The notes: a model not told the origin generated them from the sequence alone. Positions 1 through 9,838 are shown, numbered from the stretch's first letter. The stretch: 60,676 nucleotides of DNA from Candidatus Giovannonibacteria bacterium RIFCSPHIGHO2_12_FULL_44_22 (GCA_001778695.1 MFHU01000012.1:1-60676); one strand, 5' to 3'. Program-made: numbers and translations.

Positions 1-1152
1 ACCGCCGGCGGCTCAATTGAGGAGTTGGATTTGCTGATGCAGACCCTCCAGAATTTGGGGAATGACGTAAAAACCGTAACCGCTTTTTCGGCAAATAATG
101 TAATTCCCGAGAAGCGCCCATACGAAGTCATAGAAGAGCAAATTACATCCCCGCGCCTTTTGGGCATCGCCTGGCAGCTTTATAAAATTTTAAAAAAATA
201 CGAAAAAATGGCCGATATTTTCCACATTGACGGCCATATTTTTTTATACGGCGCCGGGCTTTATAAACTTCTTGGCGGCCGAGTTTCGGTCGCGGCGTAC
301 TTTAATTATTACCTTATGTGCTGGGAGGATACGGCGATAAGTTTGACCCCGCTGCCCAAAGAAAATATTTTTATCCGCGCAAAAAAGAAAATCCGCTGGC
401 TGATTGAAAAATACATCGGCATGCCGCTTGCCAACCGCATTGACCTTTTCGCTTTCGTGAGCCCGAATCTCAAAGCCGTTTATGAAGATTTTGGATTGAG
501 GCGCGATCCGGGAACTTTTGTGATAGGCGATTTGATTGATTTCCAGAAAATAATGCGCGAGAACGGCATCAGCGAAGATTTTTATCTGAAAAGAAATAAA
601 CGCGCGGGGCCTTTCCTCCTTTTTTACTCCAGCCGGATGATTCGCGGGAAAGGGTTTGATTTATTACTCCATGGATTTGCTAGAGTCAAAAATAAGGAAA
701 ATTTTAAAATGGTTTTAACCGGAACGGGGCCGGAGGCGGAGACGCTCAAAAAAATGGCGAAAGATTTGGGAATAGAAAAATATGTGGAGTTTCCCGGGTG
801 GGTTTCGTGGGAACGTCTGCTTCAATACAACAAAGAGGCTGATATTTACATACAAACCGGCTGGAAGCCGGAGGGCACTTCTATCTCCCAGCTCTATGCC
901 ATGGCTTTCGGAGTGCCGTCTATTTTGCCGGGCGGCGGGGGGCTTGAATGGCAGGCGCGTGATACCGCGATTTATGTCCGAAATGGCGACCACGACGGCC
1001 TGGCGCGCGCAATAGAAAAACTTGCGGGCGACTACGGCCTCCGCGCCACACTTTCCAGAAATTGCTACAAGCGAATTCGTGAAGACTCAATGGATTACAG
1101 AAAACAAATCCCGATTTGGAATGAAAAACTCTGGAAACTTGCCAAGAAGTAA
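1..1152 (+). CDS. Glycosyltransferase, GT-B fold (GT4/GT1-type). The 5' end probably lies just upstream of the window.
   Basis: The C-terminal half shows the GT4 pattern (GKGFDLLL..., EGTSISQLYAMAFGVPSI). The frame is open from base 1 and begins ...AGGSIEE, like the N-terminal GGxE region of GT4 enzymes, so the TTG at 25 need not be the start. Confidence 0.7.
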   Translation, partial: TAGGSIEELDLLMQTLQNLGNDVKTVTAFSANNVIPEKRPYEVIEEQITSPRLLGIAWQLYKILKKYEKMADIFHIDGHIFLYGAGLYKLLGGRVSVAAYFNYYLMCWEDTAISLTPLPKENIFIRAKKKIRWLIEKYIGMPLANRIDLFAFVSPNLKAVYEDFGLRRDPGTFVIGDLIDFQKIMRENGISEDFYLKRNKRAGPFLLFYSSRMIRGKGFDLLLHGFARVKNKENFKMVLTGTGPEAETLKKMAKDLGIEKYVEFPGWVSWERLLQYNKEADIYIQTGWKPEGTSISQLYAMAFGVPSILPGGGGLEWQARDTAIYVRNGDHDGLARAIEKLAGDYGLRATLSRNCYKRIREDSMDYRKQIPIWNEKLWKLAKK

Positions 1153-1217
1153 GAAGCTTTACTTTTTTTTTATTTTGATGTACTCTCTTAAAAGAGTATA
1201 AATTAAAAGGAGGATGT

Positions 1218-2441
1218 ATGCCGCTATTCAGCATAATTATTCCAGTTTACAATACAGAGAAACATTTGCACGCAAGCGTAGAGAGTGTTTTAAAGCAGAA
1301 TTTCAAAAACTGCGAAATTGTTTTGGTGGATGATTGCTCAACGGACAAAAGCTGGGCGCTCTCTCGAGCATTATCTAGAAGTATTCCTAATGTAACAGCC
1401 GTTCGTCACAAGGAAAACCTTGGCGTTGGAGCCGCAAGAAATACCGGCATAGATTCGGCGACAGGCGATTACATTATCTTCTTGGACAGCGATGACAGGT
1501 TGGCCGATGGAGCGTTGAGCGGGCTTGCGCAATTGATTCGCGAAAAACCGGAGATGGATATCGTAGCTGGGAAATTTGTCTGCGAGCCGGACATCAACAG
1601 CGAATTTAGTTTTGAATACTTGTTCGGAAGAAAAGGACTGCAAGATAAGCCGACAGAAATTGCGGGGTATGTTCAAAACCCACGCGGTTTTACAAGCGTG
1701 AGCTGGTGCTACGTCATTAACAGAAAATTTTTGCTTGAGCAAAATCTCCGCTTCCTCCCCATCAGGATATTTGAGGATACGGTGTTTGTTGCCAAGCTAT
1801 TATGCCTTTGCAAAACCTTTGCTTTGCACGACCGCACTTTCTATATTCATAAAATCAGGTCCGGGAGTGTAGGGCAGAAGATGAGTTATGGTTTTGCCTC
1901 CGCGGGGCTTGCGGCGATGAATGAGCTTACTGAATTTCTCTCTGAACGCGACGGTTTGCTCACAAGCGCCCAAAAAAGGTTTGTGCTCTCAAGAATCGGC
2001 AACATCAGAGATGTTTTTACTTCGTGCCTTTTTATGCTTAGCGATGAGGAAGTATACAACTTGTCGCCGCGTTTTGTGGGTCATAAGCTGGCAGTTGCGG
2101 CAAAACTGCTCGGTTTAGCCGGCAACTTAAAGGGAAAAGAAATTTATATTTTCTGCGCCGGCATTTACGGAGATTCTGTAGCGCGGGCGCTCTCTGGCGC
2201 TGGATACCGCTTGAAAGGGTTTTTGGATAATAATGAATTATTGCATGGCTCCAGGATTTTTGGCCTGGCTGTAAATTCGCCAAAAATTTTAAGCGAGAAA
2301 TCAAGACCGGTTCTGGCAAAAACCGCCGTTATCATCTGTAACCAGTTTCAAAAAAACATTGATGCGATATCCGGCCAGTTGCGGACACTCGGCTTGCAAA
2401 AAGAGCAAATAGTATTAAGTAATATTCTTGAAATTATATAA
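1218..2441 (+). CDS. Family 2 glycosyltransferase with a C-terminal NeuD/PglD-N-terminal-like Rossmann module
   Basis: N-terminus is FSIIIPVYNTEKHL...QNFKNCEIVLVDDCSTD...DSDD (GT2 signature). The C-terminal ~110 aa read KEIYIFCAGIYGDSVARAL..GYRLKGFLDNN...G..VNSP. An AAGGAGG SD sits upstream. Confidence 0.8.
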   Translation: MPLFSIIIPVYNTEKHLHASVESVLKQNFKNCEIVLVDDCSTDKSWALSRALSRSIPNVTAVRHKENLGVGAARNTGIDSATGDYIIFLDSDDRLADGALSGLAQLIREKPEMDIVAGKFVCEPDINSEFSFEYLFGRKGLQDKPTEIAGYVQNPRGFTSVSWCYVINRKFLLEQNLRFLPIRIFEDTVFVAKLLCLCKTFALHDRTFYIHKIRSGSVGQKMSYGFASAGLAAMNELTEFLSERDGLLTSAQKRFVLSRIGNIRDVFTSCLFMLSDEEVYNLSPRFVGHKLAVAAKLLGLAGNLKGKEIYIFCAGIYGDSVARALSGAGYRLKGFLDNNELLHGSRIFGLAVNSPKILSEKSRPVLAKTAVIICNQFQKNIDAISGQLRTLGLQKEQIVLSNILEII

Positions 2442-2475
2442 AAAAAGAGCGCACATTGTGCGCTCTTTATTTTTT
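2442..2475. terminator. Bidirectional intrinsic terminator between convergent genes
   Basis: Hairpin AGAGCGCAC-att-GTGCGCTCT is flanked by an A-run and a T-run. Confidence 0.65.
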
Positions 2476-3753
2476 CTATTTATAGGATTCTATCGGGATG
2501 GGCTTGTCTGTCTGAACGCCAGCCGGAACATACGGAGTGCTGTAGTCTCTCCCGCCGCAGTAGGCGCATGCCGCTAGGTACCCCTTTTTGCCTTTCCTTC
2601 CCTGCATACCCATCATCTTGGTTTTCAGGGCAGACATGTCCATGCTTTCCTCCGGTAGATCTATAATGTCCTCGCTCTCGAAGGGGATCGCGTTAAGATT
2701 ATGCGCATTTGCGGAGAAAGGGCATCTGTACAATTTCCCGTTTAGCAAGCTCAATACGTCGCCCACGCAGCAGTTCTCAAACATATGGACGAGTTCGCTT
2801 TCTGTCTTCCCGCGGTATTTTATCGTGCCGCTGTCTGTCCAAAAGGTCGCAAGATGCGTGACGTACGCGATGCTGTTGGATTCCAGTATTGCGATCAATC
2901 CGTCGTGTTTTTTGGACTCGTTTACATTGGCGTAATTAGTGATATCAAGCTTCACTTTCGCGTGCTTGAGGCACGACAAATTTTCGTCCTTGGGGATAAT
3001 CGTCGCGTTTGTGTAGACAACAACGCTATCGGCACTATCGTAGGACACAAGTTTGTTTATAACTTTGTAAAGCTGCCTATTTACGAACGGCTCTCCCCCA
3101 AGCACTCTGAATTCGCAGACGCGGTCGATGCACTTCATCAGTGTATCAATCGAGCCCAGAAGCAAGTCCAAATCGCTGTCTTTCGGATCGACGTAGTATT
3201 GCATTAGATTAGCGCAATCCTTGCATTTCATCGAGCAGCGCTCCGTGACCACGACGTCGATGTATTTTACGTCCAGAATGTTTCGGTTTGTGTTGTCCGC
3301 AATCAGCGAACTTCTATGAAGCTTTATAATTCTCCGGACCTCTAACGGGTTGTGGTCGAAATCCGGATCGGCTTCCGTAGCTCTTTCCAAGCCCATTGCG
3401 GAGAAGTCCGTGTTTTCCAAAAGAGTCGCAGAAGCGTATAGATCCGCAAAATTCATCTGTTCGAGCGTTGATAACGCCGAACTTATGTAATTGTTGCATA
3501 TAAATACACGCGCATCCGGGCTTAGCTCCGACAACTCTTTTGGGGAAAGCACTCTGACGCCGCAATAAAACTTTTTCTGCTTCTTCTCGTCATTGTCGTA
3601 AAAATAGTCAACCCGAATGCCAAGCGCTTTAAGAGCGTAGAGCGTAAGCTTGCTCAAACTGCCGGCTCCAAACAACACAACAGTCGCGGGGCTTGATTTC
3701 ATTACGCCAGCCAGACTTTCAATGTCATAGTCTTTCAGTGTTCCTTCTCTCAT
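2476..3753 (-). CDS. Radical SAM enzyme with an N-terminal NeuD-like Rossmann module and a Cys-rich (SPASM-like) C-terminus
   Basis: CSMKCKDC (Cx3Cx2C) follows VVVTERC. N-terminus is VVLFGAGSLSKLTLYALKALGIRVDYFYDND...G..VLSP. C-terminal cysteines are CCVGD, CPFS and CAYCGG. Confidence 0.75.
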   Translation of the reverse strand: MREGTLKDYDIESLAGVMKSSPATVVLFGAGSLSKLTLYALKALGIRVDYFYDNDEKKQKKFYCGVRVLSPKELSELSPDARVFICNNYISSALSTLEQMNFADLYASATLLENTDFSAMGLERATEADPDFDHNPLEVRRIIKLHRSSLIADNTNRNILDVKYIDVVVTERCSMKCKDCANLMQYYVDPKDSDLDLLLGSIDTLMKCIDRVCEFRVLGGEPFVNRQLYKVINKLVSYDSADSVVVYTNATIIPKDENLSCLKHAKVKLDITNYANVNESKKHDGLIAILESNSIAYVTHLATFWTDSGTIKYRGKTESELVHMFENCCVGDVLSLLNGKLYRCPFSANAHNLNAIPFESEDIIDLPEESMDMSALKTKMMGMQGRKGKKGYLAACAYCGGRDYSTPYVPAGVQTDKPIPIESYK

Positions 3754-3850
3754 CTTTTTGCCCTCCCTAATTTCAATGTGCTCAATTAAATAACAGCTAC
3801 TTTATATAGTAGCTTAAAAACAAATAATGTGAAATATCCTTCTATAATCT

Positions 3851-5392
3851 TTAATTCCGCGGCTTCAGATCCAGTTTCTCCGCGATTAAATCAACATAGG
3901 CGGTTAGCGCCTGTTTGTTTTTTTCAACATGTGCGCCGCCTTCAATTTCCCAGATTTTTATAAGATCAACGTCAACACTTTCTTTATAAATTGCCGTCAG
4001 AAAATCAATAAGTTTTTTTTCATCGTGATGAAAATTTTCCACCCGTTCTTTTATGAGATACGGCAGATCGTTGATGTTTTCGCATTTTTTTGCCATTGGC
4101 AGCTTGTTGTAAAAAACATCTCCGAAAGTGATGATCGGTTTTTTCAGTAAAATCCCTTCCCAACCGGAAGTGCCGGTGATTGTCGCGATAAGCTTTGAAT
4201 GCTTTATTAGATCAAAACTCCACTCGGTCGGACGGATCAGTTTCAGGTTGGGTATTTTTTTGAGCTCCTTATAAAATCTTCTACTGCGATAGCCGTACAT
4301 TGCCGGGTGTTCTTTTACATAGAGCTTGAAATCAACAGGCAGCGAGCGCGCTATTTGCTGGATTAGCCACAGCTGGTCCGTGTAAAACTTTGAAAACACC
4401 GACGTTCCTGCCTCTGGCTCGTATTGGAGCGGGAAAAAAGCGTAATTTTCTCTAAAATCAATTTCATCGTAAAGATCTTCAAATCCGATCAAAACCCGGG
4501 CTTTTCTTTTTAAGCGGTCCCAGACATAATGCCACGGCTTTACCACAAACAGGTCGTCTTTGTGCGGATTTTTCGCGTAGTCAATAAAAACTTTAAGCGT
4601 CCAGCGCAGGGATATCAAAAACTTAGCTGGAGCCAAAAACGCAAACTGCCTTCTTTTGCTGACCGGTTTTTTATCCGGAGTGTCCTGGTGCGAGTAGGGA
4701 GATGGTTTTTCCCGGAACTCTTTTAAGAATTTTTCAGCGCGTCTTTTTTCTTCCGGTAAAGACATCGCGCCGCTTTGAAGCTTGGCAAAAACGTTTTCCG
4801 CGAAGCTTAAGTTTGGAAAATCTTCCGTGAGCGTGTGCAGTTCTCCAACGCGCGCCGGTTTTAAAAACAAAACCCTGACGCCCATGCTTTTCGCGGCGTT
4901 TAAAAGAAATAAGGTGGCGATGTCCGCGACTACGGTGAGGATTAACACGTCCGGCCTTTCTTTTTGCAAGAATTTCCATATTGCTTTGGTTTTTACTTGC
5001 AAGATTTTCAGCATTTCTTCGTGCGTGTAGGGCGGAGTATCGTAAGGATATTCTCTCAGAAGCTGGTTGCGGCGCACCACCCTGTCCATTTCGATATAGG
5101 GCCAAAGATTAGGCATGCCGAATCTTTTTTCAAGCTCTTTTAAATAATTGTAGTCCAGGGGCTCCGCCTTGAATTTTTTATGTATTTCGTCATCCAGCAG
5201 CAAGGCGCTGTATTTTATGTCTTTTTGGGATTTTAAGAAATCAAAACTGGCACGCACTGAAACATAGCCGCAAAATTCATTTACGCCGTATTTTTCGCTA
5301 AGAATTTTTGCCATGGCGTGCCCGACATATGCGAACCTCCTTTGTAATAAAAAGCATGCTTTCATAAGCTTATTTCTAAAACAAATAAACAT
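3851..5392 (-). CDS. Capsule-polysaccharide-biosynthesis family protein (KpsS/KpsC-like, Capsule_synth type)
   Basis: Motifs FFPLQYEPEAGTS, VKEHPAMYG and ITGTSGWEGILLKKPIITFG are present. It is a paralog of 23083..24504. The start codon is uncertain (alternative Met at 5365). Confidence 0.55.
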   Translation of the reverse strand: MFICFRNKLMKACFLLQRRFAYVGHAMAKILSEKYGVNEFCGYVSVRASFDFLKSQKDIKYSALLLDDEIHKKFKAEPLDYNYLKELEKRFGMPNLWPYIEMDRVVRRNQLLREYPYDTPPYTHEEMLKILQVKTKAIWKFLQKERPDVLILTVVADIATLFLLNAAKSMGVRVLFLKPARVGELHTLTEDFPNLSFAENVFAKLQSGAMSLPEEKRRAEKFLKEFREKPSPYSHQDTPDKKPVSKRRQFAFLAPAKFLISLRWTLKVFIDYAKNPHKDDLFVVKPWHYVWDRLKRKARVLIGFEDLYDEIDFRENYAFFPLQYEPEAGTSVFSKFYTDQLWLIQQIARSLPVDFKLYVKEHPAMYGYRSRRFYKELKKIPNLKLIRPTEWSFDLIKHSKLIATITGTSGWEGILLKKPIITFGDVFYNKLPMAKKCENINDLPYLIKERVENFHHDEKKLIDFLTAIYKESVDVDLIKIWEIEGGAHVEKNKQALTAYVDLIAEKLDLKPRN

Positions 5393-5415
5393 ACTTTTTA
5401 GTTACATTAATAAGC

Positions 5416-6174
5416 ATGAAAAACATCCGCATCATACCGCGGCTGGACATAAAGGGGCAGAATGTCGTGAAGCCGGTGCACACGGAGGCCCTGCGTGTTG
5501 TTGGCAATCCCAAAGAATTCGCGCGCCGTTATTATGAAGAGGGCGCTGACGAGCTGATTTATTTGGATATTGTCGCTTCTTTATACCAGAGAAACTTGGA
5601 TTTCAACCTTTTAAAATCGGTTACCGATGCTATTTTTATTCCTGTGACGGTGGGCGGAGGCATTCGCACCATTCACGATATTAATAATGCCTTGCGTTCC
5701 GGCGCCGATAAAGTGGCTATAAATACCCACGCCGTGCGCTGCCCAGAATTTTTATCGGAGGCTGCCAAAGAATTCGGGTCGCAATGCATCGCGCTTTACA
5801 TAGAGGCAAAAAAACAGCCAAACGGAACCTATGAAGCTTTCACTGACGGTGGGCGCGAGCGTTCCGGGTTCAATGCCATAGAATGGGCTCGGCGGGGAAT
5901 TGAACTTGGCGCTGGCGAGATTTTAATTACTTCCGTTGACAAAGACGGCACGCGGCGCGGATACGATTTGGATTTAATAAAACAAATTGCCAGTTTTTCT
6001 CCGATTCCGGTCATTGCTCACGGAGGCGCCGGAGATCCAGAATCGGTTTTTAAAGCGATTGCCGATGGCAAAGCAGACGCAGTCTCCGCCTCTTCAATTT
6101 TTCATTACCGAGATTTTGACGTGGCGAGCGTTAAAAATTATTTAAGAGAAAAAAATATCAATGTACGTGTTTAA
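5416..6174 (+). CDS. HisF-like imidazole glycerol phosphate synthase cyclase subunit (glycan-locus paralog, WbuZ-type)
   Basis: RIIPRLDIKG...VVK, GADELIYLDI, VGGGIR and ITSVDKDGT.GYDL are HisF hallmarks. It sits next to HisH-like and amidotransferase genes. Confidence 0.85.
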   Translation: MKNIRIIPRLDIKGQNVVKPVHTEALRVVGNPKEFARRYYEEGADELIYLDIVASLYQRNLDFNLLKSVTDAIFIPVTVGGGIRTIHDINNALRSGADKVAINTHAVRCPEFLSEAAKEFGSQCIALYIEAKKQPNGTYEAFTDGGRERSGFNAIEWARRGIELGAGEILITSVDKDGTRRGYDLDLIKQIASFSPIPVIAHGGAGDPESVFKAIADGKADAVSASSIFHYRDFDVASVKNYLREKNINVRV

Positions 6175-6177
6175 AAT

Positions 6178-6783
6178 ATGAGTTCCAAGATAATCATTAT
6201 TGATTACGGCGTGGGGAATCTTCAAAGTTTAAAAAAAGCTTTTAAATTTTTTGGCGTTGATGCAGTCGTTTCTGAAGACGCCAATGAAATTTTGGCCTCC
6301 GACGCGATTGTTTTGCCGGGGGTGGGATCGTTTGAGGCCGGCATGCGGGGGCTTAAAATCAGAGGGCTTGCGGAGGCCGTCAAAGCATTCGCCGCCAAAA
6401 ATAAACCCGTTCTGGGAATTTGTTTGGGGGCGCAGTTGATGCTTTCCGAGGGACACGAATTCGGCGTTTTTGAGGGATTAAATATAATACCGGGCAAAGT
6501 TGTAAAATTTCCTGAATTGGCGAACGGCGAAAAAATACCGCATGTCGGATGGAATAAGGTTAAGTCGCCCGGCGGAGGTGTGTGGAATAAAGATTTTTAT
6601 TTCGTGCATTCTTATATTTTGGATCCCAAAAATCACGAGAATGTTTTCGGGCTTACAACGTATGGCGGGCGCGAATTTTGCTCCGTTGTGAAAAAAGGCA
6701 ATATTTACGGGACGCAGTTTCATCCGGAGAAAAGCGGCGAAGCCGGTTTGGAGGTAATTAAAAATTTTATCAATCTTATATGA
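6178..6783 (+). CDS. HisH-like class I glutamine amidotransferase (WbuY-type)
   Basis: IIIIDYGVGNL.S, LPGVGSF, GICLGAQL and GTQFHPEKS are present. Confidence 0.85.
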   Translation: MSSKIIIIDYGVGNLQSLKKAFKFFGVDAVVSEDANEILASDAIVLPGVGSFEAGMRGLKIRGLAEAVKAFAAKNKPVLGICLGAQLMLSEGHEFGVFEGLNIIPGKVVKFPELANGEKIPHVGWNKVKSPGGGVWNKDFYFVHSYILDPKNHENVFGLTTYGGREFCSVVKKGNIYGTQFHPEKSGEAGLEVIKNFINLI

Positions 6784-7991
6784 GATACGGTTTGCCTGAA
6801 GAAATAAAATTTTGCAAAAAATGCGTAATGCCGAATACGCGCCCTTCTTCTAGCAATGAATACAAACACACGGTAGCGCGCGAGCATGATTTTATTAAAT
6901 TTGACGGAGAGGGAGTGTGCTCGGCTTGCCGTTTTTGCGAAGCTAAGGATCAAAATATAAATTGGGAGGAGCGCGAAAGGGAACTCCTCCAATTATTAGA
7001 CAAATATCGCTCCAGCGACGGATCTTACGACATTTTAGTCCCGGGAAGCGGCGGCAAGGACAGCGTTTTTGCCTCGCATATTTTGAAATATAAGTATGGC
7101 ATGCATCCTCTTACCGTCACTTGGTCTTCGCATCTTTATACCGATATCGGCTGGAAAAATTTCCAAAATTGGATTCATAAAGGCGGTTTTGATAATTATT
7201 TATTTACTCCCAACGGCAAAATTCACAGATTGATTACCAAAAACGCATTCATTAATTTACTCCATCCTTTCCAGCCCTTTATATTGGGCCAGAAAACTTT
7301 CGCGGTTAAAATGGCGGCAAGATTCAATATTCCACTAATTTTTTACGGAGAAAACCCGGGAGAATATGGGGCTAATATATCAATAAATCAGAAGAAATTC
7401 GCCCCAAATTCAGAAGGTTACCGGCTGGATTTCGTTGATAAAAATTTAAATCCTGAAGAAATATTTTTGGGCGGCAAATCAGTAGCCGATTATTTGAAAG
7501 AAGGGATAACTTTAGGAGACCTCGGTTCTTATTTGCCGCTTGACACCGATGTTATAAATAAAAAAAATATAGATGTGCATTATTTGGGCTATTACATAAA
7601 ATGGGTTCCGCAGGAATGTTATTATTACGCGGTCAAACATACTGGATTTGAGGCAAACCCAGTGAGAACCGAAGGCACATATTCAAAATATAACAGCATA
7701 GACGACAAAACCGACGGATATTTTTACTACACGACTTATATAAAATTCGGCTATGGCCGCGCGACACAGGACGCGGCGCAAGAAATTCGCAACCATCATA
7801 TTACTAGAGACGAGGGCGTCGCGCTGGTCAGAAGGTTTGACGGCGAATTTCCAAAAAGATATTTTCAGGAATTTTTGGAATACCTTGATCTTCCAGAAAA
7901 AGAATTTACGGAAATCGTTGATTCTTTCCGCGACCCGCATCTCTGGAAACAGGAAAACGGCGAATGGAAATTGAAACATAATGTGAACTAG
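6780..7991 (+). CDS. N-acetyl sugar amidotransferase (WbuX/PseA family, PP-loop ATPase)
   Basis: It has an N-terminal Zn-ribbon (CKKCVMPNTRP...CSAC) and the PP-loop VPGSGGKDS. Its start overlaps the hisH-like stop in an ATGA. Confidence 0.8.
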   Translation: MRYGLPEEIKFCKKCVMPNTRPSSSNEYKHTVAREHDFIKFDGEGVCSACRFCEAKDQNINWEERERELLQLLDKYRSSDGSYDILVPGSGGKDSVFASHILKYKYGMHPLTVTWSSHLYTDIGWKNFQNWIHKGGFDNYLFTPNGKIHRLITKNAFINLLHPFQPFILGQKTFAVKMAARFNIPLIFYGENPGEYGANISINQKKFAPNSEGYRLDFVDKNLNPEEIFLGGKSVADYLKEGITLGDLGSYLPLDTDVINKKNIDVHYLGYYIKWVPQECYYYAVKHTGFEANPVRTEGTYSKYNSIDDKTDGYFYYTTYIKFGYGRATQDAAQEIRNHHITRDEGVALVRRFDGEFPKRYFQEFLEYLDLPEKEFTEIVDSFRDPHLWKQENGEWKLKHNVN

Positions 7992-8035
7992 GGGATTATA
8001 TAAATAGAGAACTATAAACCAAAAAGGGGGTTGAA

Positions 8036-8914
8036 ATGATACCTATTTACCGAATGCCGGAGATTCACATTGAAATTACGAACGGCTGCAATTTGGAGTG
8101 CTCAAACTGCACCAGGCACATAGGGCACCACAAAAAGATTTTTAAAATGGATTTGGAAATGATTCGCAAGGCCGTAGTTTCGCTGACTGAGCCTGTCGCG
8201 GGTTTTCCGCAGGGCTTTCCGGGCACTATCGGCATCATGGGTGGAGAGCCGACAACGCATCCGCAATTTGCCGAAATCTGCAAACTTTTCCAGAAACTGA
8301 TTCCGGAAAAACACAAACGCCAGCTCTGGACTGATGGATGGGGCTGGGAAAAGTACAAGGCAGTAATCGGCGAAACGTTTGATCCCGACAATATAATTTA
8401 TAACAGCCATCAGGATACAGATGTTGGCACGCATCAGCCCCTGCTGGTTGCGGCAGAGGATTGCGTTGAAGATAAGGAGTTGATGTGGCGGCTGATCGGG
8501 AACTGCTGGGTGCAGTGGAGATGGTCAGCTTCAATTACGCCAAAGGGCGCGTTTTTCTGCGAGGTCGCCGCTTCTCTGGATTGGCTTTTTAACGGTCCGG
8601 GTGGATTTCCTATTGAGCCGGGATGGTGGGTTCGTGAACCCAACGAATTTATGGATCAGGTTGAAAGGTCTTGTACGAAATGCGGCGGAGCGGTACCGAT
8701 GCCGGGAGAAAGTGCGCACGCGGATTATGATCTTGTTTCTCCTTCAAACTTGAAACGGTTGCAAGATGCCGGGTCTCCTCGGGTTGCGCGTGGAAAGTAC
8801 AAATTGACTGATAAAGTTTTTACAAAAGAAGAAATCCAGGAGCAAATAAAAAAGGGCTGGGCTCCGTATAGCCACCGCCCCTACAGAGTGGACGGGAATT
8901 TGGTCAGGTTTTAA
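8036..8914 (+). CDS. Small radical SAM protein of unknown specificity
   Basis: IEITNGCNLECSNC (Cx3Cx2C) sits at the extreme N-terminus and GGEPT follows downstream. There are extra C-terminal cysteines (CTKCGG). A GGGGG SD is upstream. Confidence 0.6.
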   Translation: MIPIYRMPEIHIEITNGCNLECSNCTRHIGHHKKIFKMDLEMIRKAVVSLTEPVAGFPQGFPGTIGIMGGEPTTHPQFAEICKLFQKLIPEKHKRQLWTDGWGWEKYKAVIGETFDPDNIIYNSHQDTDVGTHQPLLVAAEDCVEDKELMWRLIGNCWVQWRWSASITPKGAFFCEVAASLDWLFNGPGGFPIEPGWWVREPNEFMDQVERSCTKCGGAVPMPGESAHADYDLVSPSNLKRLQDAGSPRVARGKYKLTDKVFTKEEIQEQIKKGWAPYSHRPYRVDGNLVRF

Positions 8915-8965
8915 TCGCTATGCCTCGGTGCTACAATATAGCAGCGGGGCTTTTTATTTTTTATT

Positions 8966-9838
8966 GTGCGCAATTTTTCAGACAAGTTAATTAGCGGTCT
9001 CAATGTTTTTCGTTATGCGGTGACGGAACCGATTTTTTTGCGTTTCGCGCGCGTGAGGCATGAAAGATTCTACCAACATAAAAATGAAGAACCGCTAATC
9101 AGCGTTTATATTCCGACTTATAACAGGGCAAAAATTTTAATGGAGCGCTCTGTGCCTTCTGTGCTTGCGCAAACTTATAAAAATTTTGAACTTATTATTG
9201 TCGGCGACCACTGTACCGATGACACGGAAAAATTAGTGTTTAAAATAAATGATTCAAGGGTGCGTTTCTACAATATTTCAAAAAGAGGATATCGTTATCC
9301 GCCGACTACTGAAAATCATTGGCTGGCTGGCCCGGTAGTTGCGGCGAACACGGCGCTTAAAATGGTCCGTGGAAAATGGATCGCGCGGATTGACGACGAC
9401 GATGTTTGGACGGATACACACCTTGCTTCGCTTTTGGATTTTACGAAAGAAGGCAACTTCGAATTTGTTTCAGCGTTATATGAAGAAGAGAGGCGCTGGA
9501 AAAGAAAAGTAATTGACGGAGAATACGCCAACGGCTCTTATTTTAATCCGAAAAACGAGAGCGGTGATTTAGGCCCCAAACTCGGAGGAACGCAAACTTG
9601 GCTTTACCGCTCGTATCTCCGCTTTTTTAAATACAATATTAACTGCTGGCGAAAAACCTACAATCGGGTGAACGATATTGATTTGGAAATCAGGATGTAT
9701 AAGGCAGGCGTACGCATGGGTTTTTTGGAAAAAATAGTGGCGTATGTTCTTCCTCGCCCGGGCGAGGATACGATTGGGTTAGAAGCATACCGCGCCAGCG
9801 AGAAAGAAAAATTAGAGCATTTTAAATTTGATGAATAA
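8966..9838 (+). CDS. Family 2 glycosyltransferase
   Basis: ISVYIPTYNRAKIL...QTYKNFELIIVGDHCTDDT and RIDDDD are present. The start is GTG. Confidence 0.75.
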   Translation: MRNFSDKLISGLNVFRYAVTEPIFLRFARVRHERFYQHKNEEPLISVYIPTYNRAKILMERSVPSVLAQTYKNFELIIVGDHCTDDTEKLVFKINDSRVRFYNISKRGYRYPPTTENHWLAGPVVAANTALKMVRGKWIARIDDDDVWTDTHLASLLDFTKEGNFEFVSALYEEERRWKRKVIDGEYANGSYFNPKNESGDLGPKLGGTQTWLYRSYLRFFKYNINCWRKTYNRVNDIDLEIRMYKAGVRMGFLEKIVAYVLPRPGEDTIGLEAYRASEKEKLEHFKFDE

